A DNA stretch of 64,000 nucleotides from an uncultured Verrucomicrobiae bacterium (GCA_963801815.1 CAWDGJ010000002.1:288001-352000); one strand, 5' to 3'; numbered from the stretch's first letter, positions 11,815 to 24,786 are shown. The notes: generated by a model not told the origin, from the sequence alone. Made by a program: numbers and translations.

Positions 11815-12009
11815 CGTTTAGGGTTTCTGTAGAAGTTCGTCAATAAAAAAATGAATTGTTTTTTAAGGGCTGTTTCAGGGCTTAATTCGAGGCCTATTTC
11901 TCTGTTCCCTGTCTTTTAACACGAAACTGACGCCTAGCGTCAAGCACCGAATTTCGCCCTGCTTTTACCCAAGACCGCAGCTTCTAACAAAACGGCTCCA
12001 GCGGGTCAA
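11815..12009 (-). promoter_or_regulatory. Three tandem sigma70-like promoters and a palindromic operator candidate
   Basis: Minus strand: TTGACC-N17-TAGAAG (12009-11981), TTGACG-N19-TAAAAG (11943-11913), TTGACG-N17-TAAACG (11843-11815); TGACGC-N3-GCGTCA at 11928-11942. Confidence 0.45.
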
Positions 12010-12057
12010 CCCCTGAAATACCCCGCTGCGGCCCACTCCCAGGGGAACCCCGCAAAT

Positions 12058-13629
12058 CTACGCTTTCAATTCCGCTCCGGTATTGGCGTCGGTAACGATG
12101 AATTTCTCGTGGTGATATGTCGGGTCGCCTCGAAACATCAGTTTACCCGCATAACGGCGCTCAAGCTCGATCAGCAATTCTTCGTCCTCTTCTTTCAAAC
12201 GCTTGAGAACATCCGGATTCAGGACGACACGAAAATCGTGCACACTGTCCTGATATTTTCGCATCACGGTGTTGAGCGTCCGATGAAGTTCCACGCTGGT
12301 CGTCATCGACGTTTTGACTACGCCGCGACCACCACAATACGGACAATTTTCATAAATCGTGTCGCTCAGACTTTCCTGCGCGCGTTGCCGTGTCATCTCC
12401 ATTAATCCAAGCTGCGAAATCGGCAGGACATGGGTTTTCGCTTTGTCGCGCCGGAGCCGTTCCTTCATCAAGGTGAAAACCGCCTGTTGGTCCTTCCGGC
12501 TCTTCATGTCGATAAAGTCGCCAATGATGAGACCGCCGATATTTCGCAACCGCAGTTGGCGGGCAATTTCGTCAGCCGCTTCGAGGTTCGTTTGCAGGAT
12601 TGTTTTGTCGACATCGCGCCCGCCCTTGTTTCGACCAGTGTTCACATCCACCGCTACCAGGGCTTCGGTTTCATCTATTACGATGTAGCCGCCACATCTC
12701 AGCCAGACCTGCCGGTGAAAAGCGTCGTCAATTTGTTTTTGAATTCCAAGCGCCTCAAAGATCGATTCGGCGCCGTCATAAAGCTTCAGACGGCCGCGCG
12801 ACCTTCGTGAGATTTTATCGACCAATTGTCCCATTCGCTCCAGCGACTCCCGGTCGTCTACCAACACTTCGTCAATTTCTTCGGTTAAGAAATCGCGCAC
12901 CGTCCGCTCGACAAGGTCTGGCTCTTCAAAGACCCGGGCTGGCGCGGGATTATCGCGAATCCGTTGCTCGACTTCCGCCCATTGGTCCACCAGAAATCGC
13001 AGATCGCGCACGAAGTAACGCGCCCGCTGGCCTTCGCCGACCGTTCGAATGATTACGCCAACCCCTTCCGGAATATCGAGCTCACGCAAAATTTTTCGGA
13101 GACGGTTTCGCTCCTTCGGATCTTCGATCTTGCGCGAGATACCGCTGCGATCACTGAAAGGCATCAAAACCAGATATCGTCCGGCAAAACTTAAGTTGGT
13201 GGTGACGCGCGGCCCCTTGGTACCGATCGGCCCTTTCGTGACCTGAACAATCACTTCCGAACCAACCGGATAGATGTTTGGGATATCTTTCGCCGTGATC
13301 CGCTTCCGCTGCTTCTTCGATGGACGATCAACTTCCTCAATTCCACTGTCCAAAGCCGCGGGGAGCGCATCCCAGAAATGGAGAAACGCGTTTTTATCGA
13401 GGCCGATGTCGACAAACATCGCCTTCAACCCCATCTCGATATTCTTGACGCGGCCTTTGTAAACGCTACCGACGATGTTGCGCGAGCCGCTACGCTCGAC
13501 GCTGTATTCTTCCAGCCGGCCATTCTCGAGCAACGCCACGCGGCGCTCGAGTTTCTCCACGCTGACTACCAATTTGTTGCCGGTCTTGCGTGAACCAAGA
13601 CCTAAAATTTTTCTGACTCTGTCCAACAT
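12058..13629 (-). CDS. rng: Rne/Rng family ribonuclease (RNase G-sized)
   Basis: S1 domain GSVYKGRVKNI..AMFVDIG, KGPRVTT, VDVNTG, QLRLRNIGGLIIGDFIDM, CPYCGGRG zinc link. Confidence 0.9.
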   Translation of the reverse strand: MLDRVRKILGLGSRKTGNKLVVSVEKLERRVALLENGRLEEYSVERSGSRNIVGSVYKGRVKNIEMGLKAMFVDIGLDKNAFLHFWDALPAALDSGIEEVDRPSKKQRKRITAKDIPNIYPVGSEVIVQVTKGPIGTKGPRVTTNLSFAGRYLVLMPFSDRSGISRKIEDPKERNRLRKILRELDIPEGVGVIIRTVGEGQRARYFVRDLRFLVDQWAEVEQRIRDNPAPARVFEEPDLVERTVRDFLTEEIDEVLVDDRESLERMGQLVDKISRRSRGRLKLYDGAESIFEALGIQKQIDDAFHRQVWLRCGGYIVIDETEALVAVDVNTGRNKGGRDVDKTILQTNLEAADEIARQLRLRNIGGLIIGDFIDMKSRKDQQAVFTLMKERLRRDKAKTHVLPISQLGLMEMTRQRAQESLSDTIYENCPYCGGRGVVKTSMTTSVELHRTLNTVMRKYQDSVHDFRVVLNPDVLKRLKEEDEELLIELERRYAGKLMFRGDPTYHHEKFIVTDANTGAELKA

Positions 13630-13712
13630 AAATCTCCAAAGGTTGCGCGATCCCGAACGATAGATGCGAAACTGCAAAAAGGTTCATCGCTCGTAGGATC
13701 GACATGTGATTG

Positions 13713-15957
13713 TTAAAAACGACGGCGTGCTGGAACGGGTGTCGGCTGCGGCGCCGGACGTTTTGCTCCAAAAAGCCGTTCGAAAAAGTTAAGTGGTCGC
13801 GGCGTTGGCGCCGGAGCGGCCCGGACTACACGCGGCCGCTTCGAAACCTGCCCTTGGGCGTCGGGCTCCTGTTCCACATCTGGCGACGCGTTATCGCTCG
13901 CCATTTGCGCATCGGCGGTAGAAGCAACCGCGCTTTCTTCATCGTCGCTCCCACCGACATTCAAGCCCTTGAACTCTACCGACTTGACCAACTCGAAAGG
14001 ATTTGGGTGATGCGCGGGAGCCTCCCAGGCAAGCTGCATGTCGAAGTTGCCTTCGTCCATGGCCACCGTGCGTTCCAAGATCCGTGTTGCAATCGGACCA
14101 GCAACCTCGCCGCCGTGTCCGGAAGCGCCCTGTACCATGACGATGACGACGTATTTCGGATTGTCGAACGGCGCGAAACACGCAAACCAGGCGACATTTT
14201 CCTCATGTCCGCGTTCGGTGGCCTGCGCCGTCCCGGTCTTGCCGGCAACGACAACATTTTTCAGTCGCGCGCGTCCACCGGTGCCGCCGTCCTCGTTCAC
14301 GACTTTCCACAAACCTTTTCGCACGAGTTCGATCTGCTCCGGGGTAACTTCACGCCGAAGATCAGACCGGACTCGCGGCGCGAAACTTGCCGCCTTCCCT
14401 TGTTCATTAAGAACCGGAGTGCCGTCCTGATTAAGCACCTTGTCGATCAACCGCGGGTAATAACATGTGCCACCATTGGCCACCGCGGCATAGGCTATTG
14501 CCAGCTGCAATGGCGAAACCAAGGTATAGCCCTGACCGATTGAAACGTTCGCGGTTTGGGCTGACGACCAGCGCTCCTGCGGATGATGAATCTGCATCCA
14601 CTCCGGTCCCGGCATATTGCCAGTCTGCTCGCCACTCAATTGCAGACCCGATTCTTCCCCGATCCCAAGCATTTTTCCGATTACGTCGATCGACTGAATC
14701 CCCGCGGCGTTGCCGTACTGATAGAAAAAGGAATCGCACGAAACTTTGAGCGCATCGGCCAGGCCGATCGTCCCGTGAGTATAATGTTTTGACGCTACCC
14801 AGCATTGAAAGAAGTGGTCGCCATAACTCACCCCGCCGCCGCAATTGTACTTGTTGTTCGTTAGGCCTTTCCGCAATCCAGCCAGCGAAGTGATGATCTT
14901 AAATGTCGAGCCCGGCGGAAGCCCACTGATCGCACGATTCACAAGTGGATCGGCTGGATCCTTTCGCAACGCCTGCCAATCCTTCGCCTTGATGCTTGGG
15001 ATAAAAGTGTTGGGGTCGAACGACGGGACCGACGCCATCGCCAGAATGTTGCCGTTATTTGGATCGACAACGACGGCGCCTGCGCGGCTGACAGCTCGCA
15101 ACGCTTCGTCGGTAATCGCCTGAATCCGCGCATCAATCGTTAGAAAAACATTCGCGCCCTGTTTCGGCGAATCTTCTTTCAATACGCCGTCAATCGTCCC
15201 CTTGGCATTACGTCGCAGGTAGCGAACCCCGGGTTTGCCGCGCAGATATTCGTCCATCGCTTTTTCGACGTTCGATTTACCGTCAACGTCGCCCTGATAG
15301 AACGTGAACTTCCTTGCTTCGTCCTGGTTGGTGTCGTCCGGTGCGCCGACATAACCGAGAATGTGCGACGCCAGCGCGCCGTAGACATACGAGCGCACCG
15401 GTTTGATCGCGATGTCGACTCCCGGAAGCCCGACGTCGTGCTCGGAAAACTTCGCCATCGTGGGGAAATCGATGTCCTTGATGTAGGAGTACGGCACTTC
15501 GGTGTCGTTTCGGTAATGCCGCTCGAGCTGCTTCGAATTGTAATCGCGGGCCAGATCAAGGTCCTCCAGGCGCGGCACGATTCCATCGTTCACGATCTTG
15601 ATGATGTCGGGCTCTTTCACGTCCTTCGGCATCCCGCTGATGATCGCTCGGTGTTCGGCAAGTGGCGGCGGACCGAAACCGCTCGCGATAGCCTTTCACC
15701 ATTTCGGGAAGGTAAAAATCGACCTCGTAGCTGGCGCGGTTCTGCACCAGCGTCAGTCCGTTGCGATCCTTGATCTCGCCGCGCACCGATGGAATGCGCA
15801 CTGTCGCCTGCGAGCTTCCGCGAATCTGCGCGGTCCATTCCGCGCCGTGCGCCACCTGAATCCACCACAGCCGCAAGCCGAGCGCGCCCATTCCCAGCAG
15901 CATCAACAAGCCGAGAAACTGAATACGTAATCGCGGATTAAGTCGGCGTCGATTCAT
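13713..15957 (-). CDS. mrdA: Penicillin-binding protein 2; one apparent frameshift near 15677
   Basis: N-terminal TM + IPSVRGEIKDRNG (ORF 15556-15957); GSTFK, SCDSFFY, KTGTAQ (ORF 13713-15632). Removing one T near 15677 joins them as RFGPPPLAEHRAIISGMPK. Confidence 0.92.
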
Positions 15958-16498
15958 TGTTCAAAGGTCCTTTCCGGCAGATACGGATAACGCGAAATCC
16001 GCGCAATCCAGTTCAATATCCAAAAAATCACCGGCGCCATCAGCATTGCCATCAAACCCGGTCCGCCAATTTGCCACCAGACTTCGCGCGTAAACATGAA
16101 AGTCCCGCGCCGAAAGGTGATCATCAGATATTGCGCCAAAATAATTGCGGAAGTGCAGATGCCGGTCAGCACACAATGAACTTCCCAGCGGCCGCGAACG
16201 AACAGAGGCCTTAGGCCATGCATAATTCCCGCCAGCACAGCGTAAATAAGTATCGACGAGCCGAGCGAGATTTCAACTCTGCTGCCCGATCACCTGCACG
16301 GTGAGCGCGTCGAGCAAAACTCCGGCGAACAGCGCCAGTGCCAGCATCAACGGAAACGGCAACGCCATCGCGCCATAAAAAACGATCACCGGCACGATGT
16401 AAATGTGCGCGTGATACATCCAGTCCAGCGGCGGAATAAAAAACTCCGCGATCTGCGCGATCACTAAACAGAATTAGCAGTATGAAAAAGAAAATCAT
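15954..16498 (-). CDS. mreD: MreD-like rod-shape membrane protein; split by indels
   Basis: Hydrophobic fragments (16273-16464, 15954-16238) between mreC and mrdA, ATGA overlaps at both ends; LFAGVLLDAL motif. Confidence 0.7.
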
Positions 16499-17302
16499 TT
16501 CCGTCCCGTGACCACGAACACGTCCTCCAGGTGCGAAAGATCGACCGCCGGCGCGAGCTTGCGCCTGACCGTCAAGTTCGCGAACCTTGAAACTTTTCAC
16601 CGTCCCGAGAAATAATCCGGAGGGAAAAACGCCGCCCACGCCGGAAGTGTAGGCTTTTTGTCCCGGTCTCCAGGTTCGCTTGCTTTGTCAAAAAATTCAG
16701 ATCGAGCAACGGCGCCAATCCGCCCGACAACCCGTTCGCCCGAAACAATTCCCTGCTCGCGCGTGCCTTCGACCGAAGCCGCGACTTTGCAGTTTTCATC
16801 CGAGACCAGAAGCACAACGGAAATCGTGTTGCTCACCGTTGTGGTTTTTCCGACGAGTCCTTCATCCGTCACCACCGGCATGTCGGTCTCGATACCGTCT
16901 TCCTTGCCGCGATTGATCGTTACCGTGTGCCACCAGGTCGACGCATCGCGCGTCACGATTTCCGCCGGGATCAAGTTTGAACACCGAACGCTCGCGATAA
17001 TTGAGCGCGTGCCGCAGCCGGTTCACTTCGTGTTCGACGTCGCGCAACGCCGAGTTCGTCGCGCGCAACTGGCGGTTGTCCACCCGCAGGCCGGCGTTTT
17101 CCTTTTCCAGTTCGTCGAGCGACTTCAATCCTGTTCGCACGGAAGTGATTTGCTTTTGCAAACCCGAGCCGGTCGTCAAAAAAGGCGCGAGCAATTGATA
17201 AACGCTCGCCTGAAATTTGCGCGTTGTGTCCGCGCCGAAACTCAGGAAGTAACCGAGAATCGCGCCGAAAATCAGCAGCGCGATGATGCTGGTCCGGCTC
17301 AT
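16495..17302 (-). CDS. mreC: Rod shape-determining protein MreC; several indels
   Basis: TM + coiled coil (LEKENAGL), then INRGKEDGIETDMPVVTDEGLVGK and GGVFPSGL fragments in different frames. Confidence 0.85.
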
Positions 17303-17305
17303 CGC

Positions 17306-17393
17306 ATTGCGGATCGCAGATTAATGATTGCGGATTGAAATGATCGAGATCAGCGAGTCCGCTCGCAATCGCAATTCGAATCCAATCTGCAAT
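17306..17393. repeat. Inverted short-period repeat (ATTGCGG / CCGCAAT type)
   Basis: ATTGCGGATCGCAGATT..ATTGCGGATTG facing CAATCGCAATTCGAATCCAATCTGCAAT in the mreB-mreC spacer. Confidence 0.65.
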
Positions 17394-17394
17394 G

Positions 17395-18505
<1,111 letters not shown>

Positions 18506-18566
18506 CTAACGGGCTGAAACGCCGGTAACATGAAACAGCGGCTCGCGTCGTCAAGCTCTTATATAT

Positions 18567-18639
18567 ATGGAGTGCGGAGCCGATGGCGCAGAATGTTGCA
18601 TTGTTCCGATACTCCAATACTCCTCACTCCATACTCCAT
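18567..18639. repeat. Inverted short-period repeat (ATGGAGT / ATACTCC type)
   Basis: ATGGAGTGCGGAG facing ATACTCCAATACTCCTCACTCCATACTCCAT, abutting the rpe ATG. Confidence 0.65.
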
Positions 18640-19292
18640 GCCAGTTCTGTCGCTCCCTCGATTCTGGCGCGATTTCCGCCTGGCCGAGGAAATCGCAAAG
18701 GGTCGAAGCAGCCGGGGCTGATTGGATCCATTGCGACATCATGGACGGCCATTTCGTCGACAACATTTCGTTCGGCCCGGCGATCGTCGGTTTCGTCCGC
18801 AAACAAACGAAGCTGCCGCTTGATGTGCATCTCATGATCGAACACGCCGATCATTACGTGCCGCGATTTGTCGATGCCGGCGCGAATTCAATCACCGTTC
18901 ACGTCGAGGCCGAAGCGAAACACGACGTTGGGAAAACTTTGACAGCAAATTCGCGATGCGAGATGCCGCGCCGGCTTAACCTTGAATCCGGCGACCGATT
19001 TCGCAACTGGTCGAGCCGTTTCTCGACCAGATCGACCTGTTGCTGGTTATGACCGTTCATCCCGGATTTCGGCGGCCAACCTTTTCGGACCGATCAAATG
19101 GACAAAGTGAAACGAGCCGCCGCCTGGAACAAATCGCGGGAGCGACCAATCGACATCGAAGTGGATGGCGGGATCAATCCGGAGACCGCGCGCACTTCGA
19201 TTCAGAACGGCGCGAACGTTCTGGTCGCCGGCACTTCAATTTTTCACACGAAGGATTACGCGAAAGCAATTCGCGATTTGCGCGGCGGGTAG
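18638..19292 (+). CDS. rpe: Ribulose-phosphate 3-epimerase; multiple indels
   Basis: Fragments [63 protein letters not shown] across frames. Confidence 0.9.
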
Positions 19293-19293
19293 A

Positions 19294-21030
19294 TTAGCGC
19301 GTGACCGGTTCGGCCTCTTCGGTCGTTTCCGCCATCACTTCGTCGGTTTGCGTGACGCGGACGACTTCTTCAATCGTCGTCTTGCCTTGCGCGACGCGAC
19401 GCCAGCCGTCCTGTCGCAACGTCATCATCCCTTCGGAAATCGCGCATTGCTTCAATTCGCCGCCGTCGCGTTTTTGCATGATCATTTTCCGCAACGGCTC
19501 GGTGACGACGCAAATCTCGTAGATCGCAGTGCGGCCCTGATAGCCGGTGTGCCGGCAAGCTTCGCAACCTTTGCCGCGTGAGAATCTCGTGCCGAGTTCC
19601 TTCACCGGAAATCCGATCTCGGCCAGATACTCACTCGGATATTCGACCAGTTCGGAACATTCCGGGCAAATCGTGCGCACCAGCCGTTGGGCGATGAACG
19701 ATTTCACGACCGACGCGAGCAGGAACGGCTCAACATCCATGTCGAGCAAACGGGTGATGCCGCCGACGGCGTCGTTCGTGTGCAAAGTGCTGAAGACAAG
19801 GTGACCGGTCATCGCCGCGCGAATCGCGATGTCCGCGGTTTCGACGTCTCGAATTTCACCGACCATCACCACGTTCGGGTCCTGTCGCAAAATGTGACGC
19901 AGTCCGCGGGCGAAGGTGAAATTGATTTCCGGTTTCACGTCCATCTGCAAAACGCCGGCCAGTTTGTATTCGACCGGTTCCTCGATCGTGATGATGCGGC
20001 GTTGCACCGAATTGATCGTGCTCAGGAAGCAATAGAGCGACGTCGATTTTCCGCAGCCGGTCGGGCCGGTGAGCAGAATGATTCCGTTCGGCTGGGCCAG
20101 CAGATGCCGAATTGTTTTTTCCTGCTTCTTGCCGAGGTCGAGCCGTTCGAATCCGAATTGCTGACCGCCGCGGCTGAGCAAACGCAAGCTGATCGATTCG
20201 CCGTTCACGGTCGGAATCGTCGAAACGCGGACGTCGATTTCCTGGTTGTTCGCCTGCAAATTCATGCGGCCGTCCTGTGGCAGCCGGCGCTCGGCGATGT
20301 CCATCTGCGACATGACCTTCAAGCGCGAGATGATGGCCGAATGGAGCACGCGCAACTGCGGCGGCACTGCGACTTCGTGCAAAATGCCGTCGATCCGGTA
20401 ACGAATCCGAATGTCGTTCTCGAGCGGCTCGACGTGAATGTCGGTCGCGCGCTCGACGATTGCTTCGCGGATGATCTGGTTCACGAACTTCACCACCGAT
20501 GCTTCCGGATCGTCCGAGCTGATGTCGGTCGCGGTTTCGCCTTCCTGCAAAATCTCGAAGTCGCGTTTGCTCTTGAGAATTTCGTCGAACGTTTCCGCGC
20601 CGACGCCGTAGAGCGTTTTCATCGCGCGGAGCAGTTGGGCGCGCGGCACCAGCACCCATTCGGCCGGTTTTTTCAAAAGCTGACCGGCAAGCTGCCGGCC
20701 TAACGAATTGAACAGATCGTAGGTCGCAAGCACAACCGAGTTCTCCTTTATCTCGATCGGTAAAATGTGATGTTGGAAAACGAAACGGCTCGGCAGGATC
20801 GACAAGGTATTGCGGTCAATCGTTTTGGGATCGAGCGAGATGACCGGCACGCGGAAAAATGCTCCGATGACGTTGAGAAACCTCTGCTCGTCAACTTTCC
20901 CGGAATCCAGAACCTGCGCGGTCCACGATCCGCCGTTCATGTTCTGCGCGAGCTGGGCGGCTTCCTCGCGCGTCGACACACCGCTGGCCAACAACAGGTC
21001 GATAACGGACTGGCTCGCATTCTGATTCAT
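19294..21030 (-). CDS. gspE: GspE/PilB-family secretion ATPase
   Basis: ATDIHVEP, DIAERRLPQDGR, GPTGCGKST, LRQDPNVVMVGEIRD, TGHLVFSTLHTND, CxxC..CxxC. Confidence 0.9.
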   Translation of the reverse strand: MNQNASQSVIDLLLASGVSTREEAAQLAQNMNGGSWTAQVLDSGKVDEQRFLNVIGAFFRVPVISLDPKTIDRNTLSILPSRFVFQHHILPIEIKENSVVLATYDLFNSLGRQLAGQLLKKPAEWVLVPRAQLLRAMKTLYGVGAETFDEILKSKRDFEILQEGETATDISSDDPEASVVKFVNQIIREAIVERATDIHVEPLENDIRIRYRIDGILHEVAVPPQLRVLHSAIISRLKVMSQMDIAERRLPQDGRMNLQANNQEIDVRVSTIPTVNGESISLRLLSRGGQQFGFERLDLGKKQEKTIRHLLAQPNGIILLTGPTGCGKSTSLYCFLSTINSVQRRIITIEEPVEYKLAGVLQMDVKPEINFTFARGLRHILRQDPNVVMVGEIRDVETADIAIRAAMTGHLVFSTLHTNDAVGGITRLLDMDVEPFLLASVVKSFIAQRLVRTICPECSELVEYPSEYLAEIGFPVKELGTRFSRGKGCEACRHTGYQGRTAIYEICVVTEPLRKMIMQKRDGGELKQCAISEGMMTLRQDGWRRVAQGKTTIEEVVRVTQTDEVMAETTEEAEPVTR

Positions 21031-21087
21031 GTATTGGCCGCCTATTTTACCTCAAATCGCGAGAAATGCAGCAATCGACGTGGATTT

Positions 21088-21207
21088 GGGGTGCGCACGC
21101 GCCTCGCGTGCTGGCGATCGCGCCCACGCGATCGCGAACTATTATTTATAAAAGAGAGGAATTTCGGCGAGGCGCCGAAATCGACACCCGAGGCGGGTGT
21201 GCTCCCC
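21088..21207. repeat. REPIN-like multi-hairpin element
   Basis: GGGGTGCGCACGCGCCTCGCGTGC..TCGCGCCCACGCGA..TTTCGGCGAGGCGCCGAAA..ACACCCGAGGCGGGTGTGCTCCCC; inverted ends and internal hairpins. Confidence 0.7.
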
Positions 21208-21216
21208 GGAAGCGAA

Positions 21217-21642
21217 TCAAGGCAGATGGAGGGTCCGCCGCACGGGAACGGTCAATGTTCCCGTCACTCGCTGGGAATAATTCTTTTGCAGGCGCGCGAT
21301 CGCTTCGCTGACCTCGACCGTATAAACTCCGTCAATCGGCCCGCAATAATAACCGAGCCGTTTCAAGTCGCGTTGCAGCGCGCCAACATAGGCCGGGTGG
21401 GTGACTAATTCCCGTCCGGACATTGAATAATACGGCACCCGGGAACCGAATCGCGGCGCGAAATCGACGTCGTAGACCGTGGTCCGGCTTTGATGCAAAA
21501 AGTCCAGGTCGTCGCGCGCCGCCAAACTATCCGAGTGATGAAAGAGAGGCGTGTAGGGCGGGTCGTAGATAAACGTCTCGAAAAATTGCGCGCTCGCACT
21601 CCGCAGGCCGATAAAGATGAGGATCAGGAAAAGTTTTTTCAT
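21217..21642 (-). CDS. Secreted peptidoglycan-binding domain protein
   Basis: Signal peptide; VGALQRDLKRLGYYCGPIDGVY..AIARLQ..VTG (PG_binding_1-like); starts 3 nt after the secretin stop. Confidence 0.8.
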   Translation of the reverse strand: MKKLFLILIFIGLRSASAQFFETFIYDPPYTPLFHHSDSLAARDDLDFLHQSRTTVYDVDFAPRFGSRVPYYSMSGRELVTHPAYVGALQRDLKRLGYYCGPIDGVYTVEVSEAIARLQKNYSQRVTGTLTVPVRRTLHLP

Positions 21643-21645
21643 AAG

Positions 21646-24197
21646 CTAGTGAGCTTTGGTTGTTTCTTCCTTTCCAAATGGAAGATCGGGCGGCGGCAAT
21701 TGTTTGTCGAGTTGCTTCTCTTCGATCCCGCTTGGCGGACAATCCGGGCAATAACCTTGATCGATCTCCGGTCCGAAATGGGTGTGGTCTTCGGTTTTTT
21801 CACGCAGACGCATTTGATCAAGTTTGGTCAGCGTGACCTCGGGGCACATCAAGATGATCAACTCGCTGCGCGTCCGGGTGTAGGTTGTGCTGCGGAAAGC
21901 CGCGCCGAGATACGGAATTTTGTCCAGCACCGGTATACCTCCATAAGTCTTCTGCTTGTTGTCCTGAATCAAGCCGCCAAGGACAATTGTCGATCCGTTC
22001 GCCGCAGAGACGTTGGTCCGAATGTAACGCGTCGCGATGGTCGGCACGTTATTGCCACCGATGTTCACGTTTCCGCCAGCTACGAGACTGTCGATCTTCT
22101 GGAGAATATCCAGTGAGACTTCCTTATCTGAGTTGATCAAAGGAACGACTTCAAGTTGAAGCGCGACTTTCTTGTATTCGATGTTCGAAGCCACCGCGGC
22201 GACACCGGTTGTGTTGGTAACGCCGGTGGTTCCAACATTGCTCAGCGTGTTGACCGGAATTGGCACTTCCTGACCAGAGGCGATTATCGCTTTCTTGTTG
22301 TTGCTCGTGAAAACCATTGGTCGCGAAATGACTTGGAATTTCCCAGTCGACTCGAGCGCATGCACGATCGTGGCCAGATAATTGCCAGCAGAAATGAAAA
22401 CGTTTGTGCCGCTGGCCACACTCGCAAGCGCGTTTCCGAAATTGACCAAGCCTGCTGGATCCAAGACTGAGCCCGAGCCAATTACTGGCGTCCCGCCCCC
22501 CGTCGGGGTTGCTGAAGATAGCGGATTGGGAATCGTCACGTTCGTATTGCGAGAAATCCCCACGACCTTTTGATCGTACTTCGCGAACCAATCGACCCCA
22601 AGTTCTTCGTCGTTGGTAAGACTCAGTTCCCCGATCACGGTGCTAAGCGCGACTTGGGGCGCCTGCACGTCCATTTCGTCGAGAACCTTCTGAACCTTGA
22701 CGACGACTTCCTTGTTCCCGAGGACGATGATGGAATTTGCACGCTGATCTGCGATGATTTTGGCGTTGCCAACCGTGACGGCTTTCGGCGTCGTATCGAT
22801 GGCTTGGGTTTGAAGTTCCTCGGAGATATTTAATGTACTTTCGCCGCCACCGGTGCCGCCATAAGAACTGGAAGTTGTCGAGGTCGCCGCGCCACCGCCT
22901 GTCGCGGTCGCCGTCGTTGTGCGGCGTTGTGGAGGCGGACTGGCACCGGCACCACCCACTGCTTCGCCGCCGCCACCGGTCTGCCCTGGTTCGGTCAATG
23001 CCTGTACGATGACCGGCAACACGTCGGCTGCGGAAATATATCTGAGGGTGCGCGTGACCGGTTTGGCAAATTCCACGTTTGCATCGAATTCCGCGATCAA
23101 TTTGCGAACGAACGGCATGTTGACCGGGCGCGTGATGACGTGGATGCGGTTCGTGCGCACGTCAGCCTCAAGTTTAATTTTTCCGACGATGACCGATTCC
23201 TCGGTCAGTGCAGTTAAACCGGCAAGCTCGGGCGTTTCGGCTGTCTGGATCTGCACATTCGGTGCGTTGACCGGGCGAACACCCGGGCGATATCCCGGCT
23301 GGCCGGGTTGAGCGGCTTCTGTCCGTCTTCTCGAAAACATCTTTGAGCATGTCTACCACTTTGCTCGCATCGGCGCGCTCCAGTTTGATGAACTCGCTTA
23401 CGACCTCGGCCGGCGGCACGTCCACCTGGTCAATGATTTTCGCCAAAGTCCGGATCACGCTCGAATTCTCGGTCACCAAAATCGCGCCGGCTTTGGGCAG
23501 CGCGAGAAACGAAGTGTACGGTTGCGGCGGCGACAAATATTGTCCGAGCGCCTGGAGCAATTCCTGCGGGTCGGCGTAGCGCAGCTTAAACAAATAGCTG
23601 ATGACATGATCGCCGTCCGGTATCTCCGATTCGTCGGAAATGATTGGCACGCCGGTCGTGCGCGGATTTTTTCCCGTGCCGATGACTTTGACGAGATCGC
23701 CTTCGGAAGGAATGAGCGCGTATCCGTTCAGCAACAAACTGATCTCGATAATCTTGATCGCTTCATCGCGCGGCACGTTTTTGCTCAAAAAAATGTTCAC
23801 CTTGCCGGTAACGAAATTGTCCAGGATCAGCTTCTTGCCGGTGAGCGATTCGTAAAACCGCAGCACGTCGGTCGACGTCGCTGTTTGGAAATTGCAGCTT
23901 GACCATCTGCTGCTGAGGATTGGCTCCAGGCGGCGCGACCACTCTCGGCACGGCTGGCGTTGGTCGAGTTGCGGCAAACGAACCCTGCTGCTGGGCCGCT
24001 TGGGCTTGGGCTTGTGCGACTATGGCCGGTACTTCAATCTGATCAGTATCTTCCGCAGCTGCTTCGTCACCGTCCGTGGTCGCATCGATTGTTTGCGGAG
24101 TCTCTCGGGGCTTGGGAGCGGAATGCGTGATTGGCGCGACCTGAGCGAAGCTCGCGCTCGCCGCCGCTAAAAACAAAACCCCAAAAATTCGGTACAC
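21646..24197 (-). CDS. gspD: Secretin (GspD-like); apparent frameshifts near 23880 and 23330
   Basis: Signal peptide, N0/N-domain fragments (VKLQFPNSD, FKLRYADP, ADQRANSIIV), secretin core NNKKAIIASGQEVP, GSTIVLGGLI, GIPVLDKIPYLGAAFRS. Confidence 0.88.
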
Positions 24198-24364
24198 GAC
24201 CTTTATGATGAGCAGCGATGCTATCAGATGCGAACAAGCGGGTCAATTTGCTTCGGTCGCCAAAAACCGCGCGCCGGAAATGGTCTGACACGATATTGCG
24301 ACGACGTCGATCTTGACGGGCGAACATCAATCCGCTCTTTTAAGTCCGGGGGTTTCGATTTCTT

Positions 24365-24753
24365 ATGAAGACTTCATTCCGTCTGCTCGCCGCGGTTTTT
24401 GTTTTCGCTTTCGCCGACTTCAATTCAGCGCCGGCGATTTTGTTAGCGTGGTCATGCAGGCAGGCCAGATGCTGCCGTACAATCACTGTTCCCGGCGACC
24501 GAGTTCTTGGTGATCCGAAATTTTACGCAGCACGGATTCACCGGGACAAGTCGTGGCACTGTTTCTGTCTGAGCAATAGCCTGACATGGCACAGTCTAAC
24601 GAGCGTCGATTGTGATCCGACAGCGGCTCCGGAGCTTCACGTTAGAAGTAATTAACGAGTTGTCATCGCGGGACCCGCAACTGTCACGGTGACATGCGGC
24701 GATCGGCTGGGGATACGACTTGTTTTATCACCTATCGAAAGGGCGATGATTAA
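24365..24753 (+). CDS. Small secreted protein of unknown family (IRNFTQ..IAGPA..ITYRK); many indels
   Basis: Signal-like MKTSFRLLAAVFVFAFA; motifs read manually across frames: IRNFTQ ~24513, RGTV, VIAGPATVTV ~24665, FITYRKGDD-stop 24753. Confidence 0.55.
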
Positions 24754-24786
24754 TTCGCGCAGTCATTGCCGGCTCGTGGCTCAACG

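Noticed and set aside
19687..20703. Long antisense and alternate-frame ORFs (also 13710-14543, 30944-31729, 47098-47832, 56711-57457)
   Set aside because: Shadows of well-supported genes, expected from GC-rich codon bias; no recognisable motifs.
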